A stretch of 47,151 nucleotides of DNA from an uncultured Planctomycetota bacterium (GCA_900321495.1 ONWH01000232.1:1-47151), one strand, 5' to 3'; numbered from the stretch's first letter, positions 16,762 through 26,432 are shown. Notes: generated from the sequence alone by a model not told the origin. Numbers and translations are program-made.

Positions 16762-17838
16762 ATGAACATACGCGGTAAGATACTACTTTTTGTTGCGCTG
16801 ATTGCGGGTACCTTCTGCGCCCTGGTGACCAAGGCAATCCTTAATCAGATTCCGGACGCGGAAGAGACCGCCGCGCAGGTGCAGGAAAAGACCATTCCGA
16901 CGATGGTTGCCAAACGGGATCTCCTTCCCGGTGATGAGATCACTCCGCAGAATATCCGTTTTGACCGTCTCCCCGAAAGCCAGGTGCCGACCGAAGCTGT
17001 GAACTATTTCAGCGACGCCAAACACCGGATCCTGGTAAAAGGGGTCGGAAAGGGACAGCTGATCAGCATCTACGATCTTAACGAATCCGAGTCGTCCGAC
17101 ACCGGCTACTATACCCCGCTGAACAGCAGCTGTGCCAGTTTTCTGATCGGTTCGGTGATCGGGAGTGCCGGGAAGGGGGAAGCGTTCCTCGAAGACATCA
17201 GGCGGAACGTTGTTCCGGGAGTCGATCGTGTTGATTTCTACGTCACCGCCGAAAAGCGGGAAGAAGATTCTCCCGACGGAGGGAAAATTCTCCAGCGGAC
17301 GAGCGTGGTGAAAAAGCTCCTGGACGATGTGGATATCTACCAGGTTCGTGTAATTCAGAAGCCGACCGATCTCGGACAGACCGAACCCCGGCTGGAATTC
17401 TCGTTCATTCTGAATGACGCCCAGCTCGAAATGATCGCCGAAGCCGAACGGGAAGGACGTGTGACCATTGAGTTCTCGGGTGACAGCGATACGGCGCAGG
17501 ACGCCTCGCCCCTCTTTGAGGTGATTCCCGCCGCCGCTTCGTCCGCAGGCCGCGCAGAGACGCTGGGTTCCGCTCTGCTGCGCCGGACGGAAGAGGAGAG
17601 CGGTTCGTCGGACGGTGCGGGCTCGCTCCTGTTTGACAGTGCGGGCGAAACTCCGCTGTCCGAAGAGACCGCGCCGGGTGAAACCGGCCCGTCCGAAGAG
17701 ATCTCCGCGCCGGTTCAGCCGGCCGCCGAAACTTCGCTGATCCCCTCACAGACGGCCGAGGTTAACACATCGTCTCCCCCCCGTATGAGTGTTCCCCGTC
17801 CGCGGATGACGATCCCGCGGCCCGACGCGAATCTTTGA
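16762..17838 (+). CDS. CpaB/RcpC-like (SAF-domain) Flp-pilus assembly protein homologue with disordered C-terminal tail
   Basis: ATG at 16762 (ORF-track TTG is at 16756). N-terminal TM helix, then VAKRDLLPGDEITPQNIRFDRLPESQVPTEAV (SAF-like) and a second domain ending AQLEMIAEAEREGRVTIEF. The last ~100 aa are acidic and Pro-rich. Confidence 0.6.
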   Translation: MNIRGKILLFVALIAGTFCALVTKAILNQIPDAEETAAQVQEKTIPTMVAKRDLLPGDEITPQNIRFDRLPESQVPTEAVNYFSDAKHRILVKGVGKGQLISIYDLNESESSDTGYYTPLNSSCASFLIGSVIGSAGKGEAFLEDIRRNVVPGVDRVDFYVTAEKREEDSPDGGKILQRTSVVKKLLDDVDIYQVRVIQKPTDLGQTEPRLEFSFILNDAQLEMIAEAEREGRVTIEFSGDSDTAQDASPLFEVIPAAASSAGRAETLGSALLRRTEEESGSSDGAGSLLFDSAGETPLSEETAPGETGPSEEISAPVQPAAETSLIPSQTAEVNTSSPPRMSVPRPRMTIPRPDANL

Positions 17839-17857
17839 CTTTTCGCTTCATGCATAC

Positions 17858-17887
17858 AAAAAGCCCGCTCGGCCGAGCGGGCTTTTT
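17858..17887. terminator. bidirectional intrinsic terminator
   Basis: Palindrome AAAAAGCCCGCTCGG / CCGAGCGGGCTTTTT lies between convergent stops at 17838 and 17913. Confidence 0.8.
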
Positions 17888-17912
17888 CATCTGTTGTACC
17901 GGCGGCGGGCGT

Positions 17913-18497
17913 TTAACGGCCCGATTCCCGGCGGAGCCGGCGGAGACGGTCTCGGCATTCGGTGAAGAACGCCTGGTATCCCGCGCTCTGGTAATCGGGA
18001 TAGGTCCAGGGGAGTTTCTGCCACGCCTTCTGTGAGTAATAGAGGGTTGTCTCGGCAAAGATTCCGTCCCGCAGATAGATTCGGTGCAGATGGTCTTTCG
18101 TCGAGGCGAGAATCAGTTTTCCCAGATCGATATATCCCGGATCAAGGTTGAGGGGACGGCGGGCGGCCCGTGCCGGCCCGCCGGACAGCACGGGAGAAGT
18201 TCCGCCGCCCGTCCCGCGGGCCAGGTCGTCTTCCCAGCTGTTCGTCATGACTTTGATCTCCGCCAGCCTGTCCATTCCGATGAGCTGTTCGAATGCCCAG
18301 AAGCGTTTCAGCAGGACCGGGCCCATCTCGTCGGCGTAGTAGTCGGTGAACTCGTTGAAACAGAAGGTCGGACTTTCACGCCAGATCGGGCCGAACGTTT
18401 CGGCCGCACGCCCTTTCCCCCAGGCGAGCGCCTCCTCGTCTGCCGCGAACGCGGCGATGATCAGCTGGACCGGTTCGGGAAATCGTATTTCACCCAT
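17913..18497 (-). CDS. DUF4416-family protein
   Basis: 194 aa. PVQLIIAAF, FNEFTDYYADEMG and LNLDPGYIDLGKLILASTKDHLHRIYLRDGIFAETTL match the pattern I recognise as DUF4416. Confidence 0.75.
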   Translation of the reverse strand: MGEIRFPEPVQLIIAAFAADEEALAWGKGRAAETFGPIWRESPTFCFNEFTDYYADEMGPVLLKRFWAFEQLIGMDRLAEIKVMTNSWEDDLARGTGGGTSPVLSGGPARAARRPLNLDPGYIDLGKLILASTKDHLHRIYLRDGIFAETTLYYSQKAWQKLPWTYPDYQSAGYQAFFTECRDRLRRLRRESGR

Positions 18498-18512
18498 CGC
18501 TCTGCCGCCCTG

Positions 18513-18791
18513 TCAGTCTTCGAACTCGTCGACTTCTTCCTTGATGAGCGCATGGCGCTTGCGTGCCAGTTCGTTTTCATACTCTTTGACCTCTTCTTCG
18601 TTGAGGGTCGTCTCGCGCCGTTTCGACGGCATCGACATGAAAAAGACGGTCAGCCCCAGGAAGAGGAAGAACGCCGCCCAGCTGATGACCCAGACCGGTT
18701 CGGTCTTCTCGGGATCATTGGCGGCGAAAAGGGCGTTTCCCCCGCCGAGCGTCAGAAGTGTTAAGAGTGATGTCAAAATCGCTTTGTTCAT
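18513..18791 (-). CDS. small membrane protein (signal peptide, one TM, charged C-terminal helix)
   Basis: 92 aa with GAGG 7 nt upstream of the ATG. It sits between the M20 and DUF4416 genes on the same strand with short gaps. Confidence 0.55.
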   Translation of the reverse strand: MNKAILTSLLTLLTLGGGNALFAANDPEKTEPVWVISWAAFFLFLGLTVFFMSMPSKRRETTLNEEEVKEYENELARKRHALIKEEVDEFED

Positions 18792-18848
18792 AGGACTGCC
18801 TCATATTGCGGCATGCGGTGCCTGGATGTGTGTTCTGCCTTCTGTTTA

Positions 18849-20231
18849 TTAACGCTTCGCCTTGGCCAGCTCGGTCAGAATGGCCGCCGACGACTCGATC
18901 CCCAGGAAGAAGTCGCGGAGCGCGAAATGCTCGTTCGGCGAATGAATTCCGTCCTCTTCGAGCCCCGCTCCGGCCAGGATCAGATCGGCGCCGAGACGCT
19001 CTTTGGCCTGCGCGACGATCGGAATCGAGCCGCCGTCGCGGATAAAGAGGGGCGCTTTCCCGTAAACCGACTCCAGACCGCGTGCCGCCGCCTGCAGGAA
19101 GGGGCTTTCGAGCGGAATAACCATCCCGCCCGCGCCGTGCTGGAAGACCAGATCCATCTTGATTCCGGCGGGGAGCCGGCTGCGGAGGAACTCCTCGAGC
19201 GCGCGGGTCACTGTTTCGGGCTTCTGGTTCGGCACCAGGCGGAACGTGAATTTCGCCGACGCCCTGGCGGGAATGATTGTCTTTCCCCCCTCTCCCTGAT
19301 ATCCTCCGGTGATTCCGTTGATATCAAACGAGGGACGCGCGCCGCGCCGTTCAACGACGGTAAACTCCGGTTCTCCGAACGAGGCGTCGAGTCCGACCGC
19401 CGCGAGCGCCTCGGCCTCATCGAAAGGCCGTCGCGCCAGTTCGGCGCGTTCCAGTGCCGAAAGAGGAACCACATCGTCGTAAAAGCCGGGGATCCGAATC
19501 TTTCCGTCCGGACCGATGATTTCGCTCAGCATGGCGCAGAGCGCGATGACCGGGTTCCGCACCGAACCGCCGTAGAGCCCCGAATGGAGATCACGGTTCG
19601 GACCGGTCAGCGTCAGTTCATAACCGACCACGCCGCGCAGACCGTAGGTGATTCCCGGATCGTCGGCGGCGGGCTTGTCGGTGTCGCTGACCAGAATCAC
19701 ATCGGCGGCCAGCGTGCGCCTGTTCTCTTCCGATTCGAGGAACGCGGAAAGGGCACTGCTGCCGACCTCCTCTTCCCCTTCGAAGATGAACTTTATGTTG
19801 AGCGGGAGTTTTCCGTCTGTTTCAAGCAGAGATTTGACCGCAAAGACATGGGTGAGCGACTGGCCCTTGTCGTCGTCGGCGCCGCGGCAGAAGACTTTCC
19901 CGTCGATGACGGCCGGTTCGAACGGAGGCGTGCGCCACTGGCCGACCGGGTCGGCCGGCTGAACGTCGTAATGTCCGTAGATCAGAACCGTCGGCGCGCC
20001 GGGGACTTCGGGCGACTGACCGAAAACAAGCGGATTTGTCTCCGTCTCGATGATATCGGCGGCAAACCCGAGTTCGCGGTCGAGAATGTCGGCGAGCCAT
20101 TCGGCCATCCGGCGCATGTCCGGTTTGTGTTCCGCCTTGGCACTGACGCTCGGAATCCGAAGCGCTTCGAACCACGTGTTTAAAATTTCCTGTTCGTGTT
20201 CCCGAATGTACTTTTTCAGCAGTTCCGTCAT
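18849..20231 (-). CDS. M20-family metallopeptidase (dipeptidase / deacylase type)
   Basis: 460 aa with motifs LIYGHYDVQPADP, CRGADDDKGQ and FIFEGEEEVGS. Confidence 0.85.
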   Translation of the reverse strand: MTELLKKYIREHEQEILNTWFEALRIPSVSAKAEHKPDMRRMAEWLADILDRELGFAADIIETETNPLVFGQSPEVPGAPTVLIYGHYDVQPADPVGQWRTPPFEPAVIDGKVFCRGADDDKGQSLTHVFAVKSLLETDGKLPLNIKFIFEGEEEVGSSALSAFLESEENRRTLAADVILVSDTDKPAADDPGITYGLRGVVGYELTLTGPNRDLHSGLYGGSVRNPVIALCAMLSEIIGPDGKIRIPGFYDDVVPLSALERAELARRPFDEAEALAAVGLDASFGEPEFTVVERRGARPSFDINGITGGYQGEGGKTIIPARASAKFTFRLVPNQKPETVTRALEEFLRSRLPAGIKMDLVFQHGAGGMVIPLESPFLQAAARGLESVYGKAPLFIRDGGSIPIVAQAKERLGADLILAGAGLEEDGIHSPNEHFALRDFFLGIESSAAILTELAKAKR

Positions 20232-20238
20232 TGTTTTT

Positions 20239-21912
20239 CTACCCGTTCAGAAGCGCCAGCACCCTGTCGATCCGTTTCAGTGTCCGTTCCCGGCCGAGGA
20301 GTTCGAGCGCTTCGAACATCCCGATTCCGACCCCTTTGCCGGTCGCTGCCACACGAAGAGCGTGGATCAGCTGGGCGGGCTTGATCTGTTTTTCCTCAAT
20401 GAACCCCATGAAGAGGGCTTCCAGGCTTTCGTGTGTGTATTCCGCGGCGGAAACTGCGGCGAGCCTTTCGCGGAACTCTTTCAGAAGGCCGACGGCGGCC
20501 GGATCGCTGACCAGGCGCTTGTTCCACGCCTTTTCGTCGAGCGGGAAATCTCCGTCCCCTTCAAAGAACTCGACGAAATCGAGAATGTCCCCCGAGACCT
20601 TGATCCTGTCGCCTGTGCCGGCGATTACCCCTTTCAGGAGAGCGGCAACCGACTCCGGCGCCATTTCGGGATGGCGCGTCAGAGCCAGGGGCGTCCCCGC
20701 AGGGAAAAGGTCGGGAAGCTCGTTGAACGCCGTCTTTCCGGCGTAAGGTCCGTCAAGGACTTTCAGCCAGCCGGCGGCGACCAGATAGCGGACCGTCCGT
20801 GCGTATTTCTCGTCGGACGGGAGATTGTTCATATGCTTTTCCTGGAACGCGAAGAGTTTTGCCGGATCAAATGACGCCGCCGACTTGGTCACCCCGTCGA
20901 ACGAGAAGAGACTGATAAGTTCGTTCGGCATGAAATATTCCGACTTGTCGTCGAGCGCCCAGCCCAGGAGCGCCAGATAGTTCAGAATCGCTTCCGGCAG
21001 ATAGCCGGTCTGCCGGTAGAAATCGACGATCACCGGATTGAATCCGTCTGCGGTCGTCTCAAGGCCGACACGGTCGGCAATCCCTGTTCCCTGACGGACC
21101 AGTTTGGCGAAATCGCTGTTTTTCAGGTACTTGTCGAGCTTCCGTTTACTCAGTTTCGTCTTGCTTCCCGGTTCCGCAACGAACGGGAGGTGCGCGTACT
21201 GCGGCAGGGGGAGACCGAGCGACTGCGCGATGAAGATCTGGCGCGGCGTATTCGACAGGTGCTCCTCGGCGCGGATGACATGTGAGATGCGAATATCATG
21301 GTCGTCGACGACGTTCGCCAGATGGTAGATGAATGAGCCGTCGGCACGCTGGATGACGTGGTCCTGTTCCGTCGCCCAGTCAAATTCGACATCGCCGCGG
21401 ATCAGGTCGTGGATCACGAGTTTTCCCTCGCGCGGCATTTTGAGACGGACGACGCCGCTGCGCCCTTCCGCCTCGAACTTGCGGCATTCTTCTTCGGTAT
21501 AGGCGGCCCAGCGGCGGCTGTAGACGAACGTCCGTTTCGCGGCAACCGCCGCTTCCCGTTCCTGCTGAAGTTCTTCGGGCCGCGCGTAATCGCGATAGGC
21601 GAATCCCCCCTCCAGCAGTTTGTCGACCGCTGCCTGATACTTGTCGTTTCGCTGAGACTGGTAGTACGGCCCGTACGGCCCGCCGACTCCCGGTCCCTCA
21701 TCCCAGTCGATTCCGAGCCATTTCAGGCCGTCCAGGATCGGTTGGAGCGCTTCTTCGACATTCCGCGTCTGGTCAGTGTCGTCAATCCGCAGAATGAATT
21801 TCCCGCCGTTTTTCTTGGCGAACAGGTAGCAGAAGAGCGCCGTGCGGACCCCTCCGATATGGAGGTAGCCGGTCGGGCTCGGGGCAAAACGGGTACGGAT
21901 TTCGGTCGTCAT
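20239..21912 (-). CDS. gltX: glutamate--tRNA ligase
   Basis: [20 protein letters not shown] (HIGH motif) and KLSKRK (KMSKS motif); 557 aa. Confidence 0.95.
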   Translation of the reverse strand: MTTEIRTRFAPSPTGYLHIGGVRTALFCYLFAKKNGGKFILRIDDTDQTRNVEEALQPILDGLKWLGIDWDEGPGVGGPYGPYYQSQRNDKYQAAVDKLLEGGFAYRDYARPEELQQEREAAVAAKRTFVYSRRWAAYTEEECRKFEAEGRSGVVRLKMPREGKLVIHDLIRGDVEFDWATEQDHVIQRADGSFIYHLANVVDDHDIRISHVIRAEEHLSNTPRQIFIAQSLGLPLPQYAHLPFVAEPGSKTKLSKRKLDKYLKNSDFAKLVRQGTGIADRVGLETTADGFNPVIVDFYRQTGYLPEAILNYLALLGWALDDKSEYFMPNELISLFSFDGVTKSAASFDPAKLFAFQEKHMNNLPSDEKYARTVRYLVAAGWLKVLDGPYAGKTAFNELPDLFPAGTPLALTRHPEMAPESVAALLKGVIAGTGDRIKVSGDILDFVEFFEGDGDFPLDEKAWNKRLVSDPAAVGLLKEFRERLAAVSAAEYTHESLEALFMGFIEEKQIKPAQLIHALRVAATGKGVGIGMFEALELLGRERTLKRIDRVLALLNG

Positions 21913-22071
21913 CGGGTCAATCCTTCGAAAGATCGCTTCGTGGAAATGTTTGCGGATTTAAGGGGAGGCGGGCCGAATGAAGCACTTCTGCCGGCTCCCC
22001 CCCCGTTTCAATTATACCCCTGAAAGTTCAATCGTCCATATTTGTCTCCGCCCGGCCTGCCGTTTCTCCTC

Positions 22072-22100
22072 TTGCCAATTCCGTCCCTTCGGCCTAATAT
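22072..22100 (+). promoter_or_regulatory. sigma70-type promoter upstream of the ECF sigma gene
   Basis: TTGCCA-N17-TAATAT. The ~90-nt leader contains an interrupted 11-bp hairpin (22111-22153). Confidence 0.5.
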
Positions 22101-22197
22101 TGCGGAAAATCCGCCGACGGAACCTTCGCCGCGCAACAAAAGTTCCGAGGCGGCAACTGTACCGATGAACTTCGAAGAGAACCGGGGAACCTGAAAC

Positions 22198-22713
22198 GTG
22201 ACAGCATCCGCCATTGACTGGGAAGACTTCTTGCAGGCGAACCAAGCCTGGCTTCGGACGGTGATCGCCGCCCGCGGGGCGCGGAGCGCCGACGAAGTGG
22301 ACGAAATCTTCCAGAATGTGGCGCTGGCCGTTTTGGGCCAGAAGGCTCCGATTCAGGATTCTTCAAAAATCTACCCCTGGCTTTATTCTCTGGCGGTTAA
22401 CCAGGTGCGGCTCTACTGCCGCGGCAAGGGAAGGTATCAGAAGCGCATCGACACACTTCGGGAAGATAATTCCGGCGCCGAGACCTCTTCCGAACCGGAA
22501 CCGCTGGAATGGCTTTTGAGCCGGGAACGGCAGATTCGTGTCCGCGAAGCCCTGGACCGCCTCCCGCCCGAAGCCCGTGAGGTTCTCCTTCTGAAGTATT
22601 TCCATCAGTGGAACTATAAAGAGATCGCGGAAAAACTCGGCGCGACCGTTTCGGCGGTTCAGGCGAAACTGCACCGCGCCCGCGCGGCTCTGAAAAAGGA
22701 AATACGGCTATGA
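22198..22713 (+). CDS. ECF-type RNA polymerase sigma factor
   Basis: GTG start. Region 2 is IFQNVALAVL...YPWLYSLAVNQVRLYCR. Region 4 HTH is LLLKYFHQWNYKEIAEKLGATVSAVQAKLHRARAALKK. Confidence 0.85.
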   Translation: MTASAIDWEDFLQANQAWLRTVIAARGARSADEVDEIFQNVALAVLGQKAPIQDSSKIYPWLYSLAVNQVRLYCRGKGRYQKRIDTLREDNSGAETSSEPEPLEWLLSRERQIRVREALDRLPPEAREVLLLKYFHQWNYKEIAEKLGATVSAVQAKLHRARAALKKEIRL

Positions 22714-23654
22714 CTGAAAAAAAGCGCGAAACCCTTTCCGATGAGGATCTTTTTCGCCTGGAGCTGCTGGCCGACGGCGAACTCGATGAAGATTCGCGGC
22801 GTACGCTCCTTTCCCGTCTCGACCAAACGTCCGACGGCTGGAGGCGCTGCGCCCTGGCTTTTCTCGAAGCCCAGTGTTTGGGCGAATCGTTCGAACGGGG
22901 AGTTCTGTTTGGCGGGCCGGGATGTTCCGGTTCCGAAACCGAAGATGTGTCTCCGGTTTTCCTGTCGGCCGCGGCCGGTGCCGATCGTGTCCCGGTATTA
23001 AAGCCGCACCGTCCCGGCGCTGATGTTCCGCACGGGAGGCGGCGCGATCGGTCCCGCCTGTTTCTGACGATGGCCTCAAGCGCCTGTGCGGTCATCCTTG
23101 TCGGGTTGGCCGGATGGTATGCCGGCCTTCGCTATGATTCCGGCCGCGATCTCCCCCGCGCAAAGGGCGAAGCGTTTTTTGCCGAGAGTCCGGTGCCGGA
23201 CGATTCCGCGGATCTGTCTCGGGAAAGTTCTGTCCCGATACTGGCCGCCGGAAAAGAAGTCACCGCTCCGATGTCCCCGCCGCCGGCCGAATTCGACAAC
23301 GCCCTGTCCCGTTCCGTTGGTTCGATTCCGGCGCTCAACGGACGCGGTATTTCCGCACCGCCCGCCAAGACGTTCGCATCAGCGTCTCAAAACAGCGAAA
23401 AGCTCCGCCATATTACGATCCGCCGTCCCGGCGGTCTCGACGAGATATCGGTTCCTTGTGTTGAAGCCGAATCGTATGTTTCCGACAATTCCGCGGCCAA
23501 GGCGCTGGCCGAAAATTACCGTCAGGCGGGCTGTCAGGTCGAAACGCGCCATGAAGATCTTGAATTCCGTCTTCAAGACGGGAAAACCGTTATTGTTCCC
23601 GTAGACACAATAGACGTTCAGCGCGCACCGCAGAAGATCATCCATTTCCTCTGA
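22710..23654 (+). CDS. putative anti-sigma factor (single-pass membrane protein)
   Basis: ATGA overlap with the sigma gene. N-terminal LLADGELDEDSRRTLLSRLDQTSDGWRRCALAFLEAQ, TM segment ACAVILVGLAGWYAGL, and a ~170-aa extracytoplasmic domain with no recognised family. Confidence 0.6.
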   Translation: MTEKKRETLSDEDLFRLELLADGELDEDSRRTLLSRLDQTSDGWRRCALAFLEAQCLGESFERGVLFGGPGCSGSETEDVSPVFLSAAAGADRVPVLKPHRPGADVPHGRRRDRSRLFLTMASSACAVILVGLAGWYAGLRYDSGRDLPRAKGEAFFAESPVPDDSADLSRESSVPILAAGKEVTAPMSPPPAEFDNALSRSVGSIPALNGRGISAPPAKTFASASQNSEKLRHITIRRPGGLDEISVPCVEAESYVSDNSAAKALAENYRQAGCQVETRHEDLEFRLQDGKTVIVPVDTIDVQRAPQKIIHFL

Positions 23655-23734
23655 CGGGCAGCGTTCGGGGACGCATACTGAGACATCATTCAAATTTTCC
23701 GGTATATGCCGGTTAGGTTTTAAGAGGTAAAACG

Positions 23735-24880
23735 ATGTTAAAACAGACAATCCTTGGTTTTAGTGCGCTGGGGCTCCTCGCGGCCGGCGGGACCTGGATC
23801 TCGGGTGAAACGGTTCAGCTCAAAGAGGCGACCCCGCTTGTGGTTGTGGCCGATGAAACGCCGGACTCCGTGTCCGATGCGGCCCCTTCGGAAGAAGCTT
23901 CCCCCGAAGAAACGGCGCCGGACGCCCAGCCGGCGGTTCCCGGCGATGCCGGAGCAAACGTGCAGTCCTATTCCATTGTCACCGAGAACCGGATCGGTCC
24001 CGACGGCAAACAGGTTCAGAAAAGAAAGGTGTGGCAGAACGGCACGCTGATTGAAGAGAAAGAAGAGGTGATCGAAGGGGACGGCGCCCAGCTGAGCGCC
24101 GAGATGGACGGCGAGACAATTCCCGGAATCATTTCCCGTTCGGAACAGAGCGGTGATTTTCCCGGATTTCCCGGCAGCATGGACGAAATGCTCCAGGGAA
24201 TGGAGGAGAACCTTCAGGGGATGGAAGAAAAGATGAACGCGATGTTCGGCAATATGCTTGACGAAGACCTGCAGAAAAACCTCCAGGAAAGAATGCTGCA
24301 GGCTCAGGAAAGGGCGGCGCATGCGCGCGATTACGCCAACGCCAAGCGCGCCGAAATCCTTCGCCGGTTCGGCGGTGCCGCCCCCGTGGAGCTGAGTGAA
24401 TATTGGATCGGCGCCTCGGTTACTCCTGTTTCCGACGAGACGGCGTACCAGCTTGGGCTCAATGAGGGGGAAGGGCTCCTGGTTCGGGAAATCGTTCCCG
24501 GTTCTCCCGCCGAAAAAGCGGGCCTGGAAAAGTACGACATCCTTCTTGCGGTCGGCGAACAGCCGGTTTCCAGCGTCGGGCAGATCGGGCAGATTGTCGA
24601 CGGGGCGAACGGAAATCCTCTTGCTGTTTCGTATATCAGAAAGGGTGAACGCGGTTCGGTCGAGCTGACTCCGGAAAAGCGGCCCGAATCGCAGACTGTC
24701 CGGATCGCCCCCCCGGCGGTCAATCAGGCGGTTCCCGAACAGGGGGCCGAACGGGAGCAGATCCGCGTGGTTCGTCCCGGCACGATTCTTTCTGAAACAC
24801 AGAACGATTCGCTCGTGACCGATCAGCCTCTGGAAGACAGCGCTCCGGCAGCGGCCCCGCAGGCGGACGGCCGGGAGTGA
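23735..24880 (+). CDS. secreted PDZ-domain protein with Met-rich segment, no protease domain
   Basis: AGAGG lies upstream of the ATG and a signal peptide is present. PDZ core is GLLVREIVPGSPAEKAGLEKYDILLAVGEQPV. SMDEMLQGMEENLQGMEEKMNAMFGNM has 7 Met in 26 aa. Confidence 0.75.
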   Translation: MLKQTILGFSALGLLAAGGTWISGETVQLKEATPLVVVADETPDSVSDAAPSEEASPEETAPDAQPAVPGDAGANVQSYSIVTENRIGPDGKQVQKRKVWQNGTLIEEKEEVIEGDGAQLSAEMDGETIPGIISRSEQSGDFPGFPGSMDEMLQGMEENLQGMEEKMNAMFGNMLDEDLQKNLQERMLQAQERAAHARDYANAKRAEILRRFGGAAPVELSEYWIGASVTPVSDETAYQLGLNEGEGLLVREIVPGSPAEKAGLEKYDILLAVGEQPVSSVGQIGQIVDGANGNPLAVSYIRKGERGSVELTPEKRPESQTVRIAPPAVNQAVPEQGAEREQIRVVRPGTILSETQNDSLVTDQPLEDSAPAAAPQADGRE

Positions 24881-24905
24881 CACTCTGCCCGGTTTTAAGG
24901 CCGCG

Positions 24906-24948
24906 AAAAAAAACGGACCGCTTTTCCCGAACAGGGAGAAGCGGTCCG
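24906..24948 (-). terminator. intrinsic terminator of the MFS transporter gene
   Basis: 15-bp stem CGGACCGCTTTTCCC / GGGAGAAGCGGTCCG (one G-U) is followed on the minus strand by T8. Confidence 0.7.
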
Positions 24949-24989
24949 CTTGGTTAATGCGGCCTCCTGCCGCCTCCGCATCCGGCGGG

Positions 24990-26432
24990 TTAAACGTCCT
25001 TCTCAACCTTCCGTGTAACAAAAATGGCATAGGCCCCCACCACGGCAAAACCTGCCGCCGGAACCAGATAGGTCAGCGCGATCGATCCGGTCTTGTCGGA
25101 AAGAAGCCCCTGAATCTGGGTCAGGAGCGCGGCGCCGGCGATCGCCATCACCATTCCGGACCCGCCCATTTTGAGGTCTTCCCCCAGGTTCCGCGTTCCG
25201 AACGCGAAGATAGTCGGGAACATAAGCGACATGCAGCCGGTAATTCCGATCAGTGTATAGACTCCCGAAACGCCGGGCCGCAGCGCGGTGTTCAGGCAGA
25301 AGAGAACCGCCAGGACCGCCAGGAGCGAAAGGATCGTCGAAGGCTTAAAGAATTTCATTAAACCGGTGCAGACGAAACGCATGACCACGAAGAGAATCAG
25401 CGAAATGACGTAATACGTCGCCGCCGCCTGTTCCGCCGTTTTCGGGATGAAGGCGTTGAACCGGATCGTCTCGCAGGCATTATAGAACAGTGCAGAGACC
25501 GGTTCAAGATGACGCAGAGCCGCCGGTCCGCCGCCCGCCAGGACATCGTTCAGATGCAGCGCCGTCATGCAGTACCGGATTGCGAACGACCAGGTTGCGA
25601 TCTGCGCGCCGACATAGAAAAACTGCGCGATCACACCGCAGACGTAGTTCCTGTTCCGCAGGAGACGTTTCCATGTCGCGGTAAAATCGATCCGTTTGTC
25701 CTCTTCCCGAAGCCTGGGCATCCGTGTAACCAGGATCAGAATCCACGTTGCCAGAAGGATCAGCCCGATCGTTCCGTAGGTGTACGAAATCGCGTGGAGT
25801 TCTCCCGTCCGAACCTGAGCGAGTGCCTCCGCGGTCATTTCCGCCCGTTCTGTTTCGGAGAGCGGATTCAGGTGCGAAAGGATGAACATCTGGCTGATGG
25901 CGACCCCTGCGATCGAACCGACCGGATTGAACGACTGCGAGAAGTTGAGCCGGCGCGTCGCGGTTTCGGGAGACCCGAGCGCGCAGATATAGGGGTTGCA
26001 CGCCGTTTCGAGTACCGAGAGCCCGGCGAAAGTGATCAAAATCGCGGTCAGGTAGAAGAGGTAGCATCGATTCGGCGCTGCCGCGGTCAGGCAGGCGGGG
26101 AAGAAGAGGAGCGTCCCGACAACGTACATTCCGAGCCCGAGAAGGACCCCCGCCTTGAACGTGAAGCGTTTCATGAACATCGCGCCGGGGATCGCGAAAC
26201 AGCCGTAGCCGAGCGCGTAGCAGACCACCTGAATCCACGCGGTCTTTCCGTCGTTGAAACTCATGATCCGCTTAAACGCCGCCAGGAGCGTGTCGGTCAT
26301 GTTGTTTGCCAGCCCCCACCAGGCGAAGAGGGTCGTCAAGAGGAGGAACGGCCAGAGGACATTGAGCGGAATGACCTTCCCGACATTCGGGGCGGAAGAG
26401 GACTCGTTCAGGCCGCGGTTGGGGTTTGGCAT
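24990..26432 (-). CDS. FucP/GluP-type sugar:H+ symporter (MFS)
   Basis: ATG at 26432; the ORF-track upstream extension is non-hydrophobic and improbable. 12 hydrophobic segments and N-terminal WGLANNMTDTLLAAFKRIM as in fucose/glucose-galactose permeases. Confidence 0.8.
   Translation of the reverse strand: MPNPNRGLNESSSAPNVGKVIPLNVLWPFLLLTTLFAWWGLANNMTDTLLAAFKRIMSFNDGKTAWIQVVCYALGYGCFAIPGAMFMKRFTFKAGVLLGLGMYVVGTLLFFPACLTAAAPNRCYLFYLTAILITFAGLSVLETACNPYICALGSPETATRRLNFSQSFNPVGSIAGVAISQMFILSHLNPLSETERAEMTAEALAQVRTGELHAISYTYGTIGLILLATWILILVTRMPRLREEDKRIDFTATWKRLLRNRNYVCGVIAQFFYVGAQIATWSFAIRYCMTALHLNDVLAGGGPAALRHLEPVSALFYNACETIRFNAFIPKTAEQAAATYYVISLILFVVMRFVCTGLMKFFKPSTILSLLAVLAVLFCLNTALRPGVSGVYTLIGITGCMSLMFPTIFAFGTRNLGEDLKMGGSGMVMAIAGAALLTQIQGLLSDKTGSIALTYLVPAAGFAVVGAYAIFVTRKVEKDV

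Noticed and set aside
23319-23329. GGTTCGATTCC T-arm-like sequence suggesting a second tRNA or an att-site copy
   Set aside because: It lies inside the anti-sigma coding frame. I could not fold the flanks into acceptor, D or anticodon arms. The 11-nt match is not an extended duplicate of the tRNA-Arg 3' end (GGTTCGATTCCCCCCGGGCGT).
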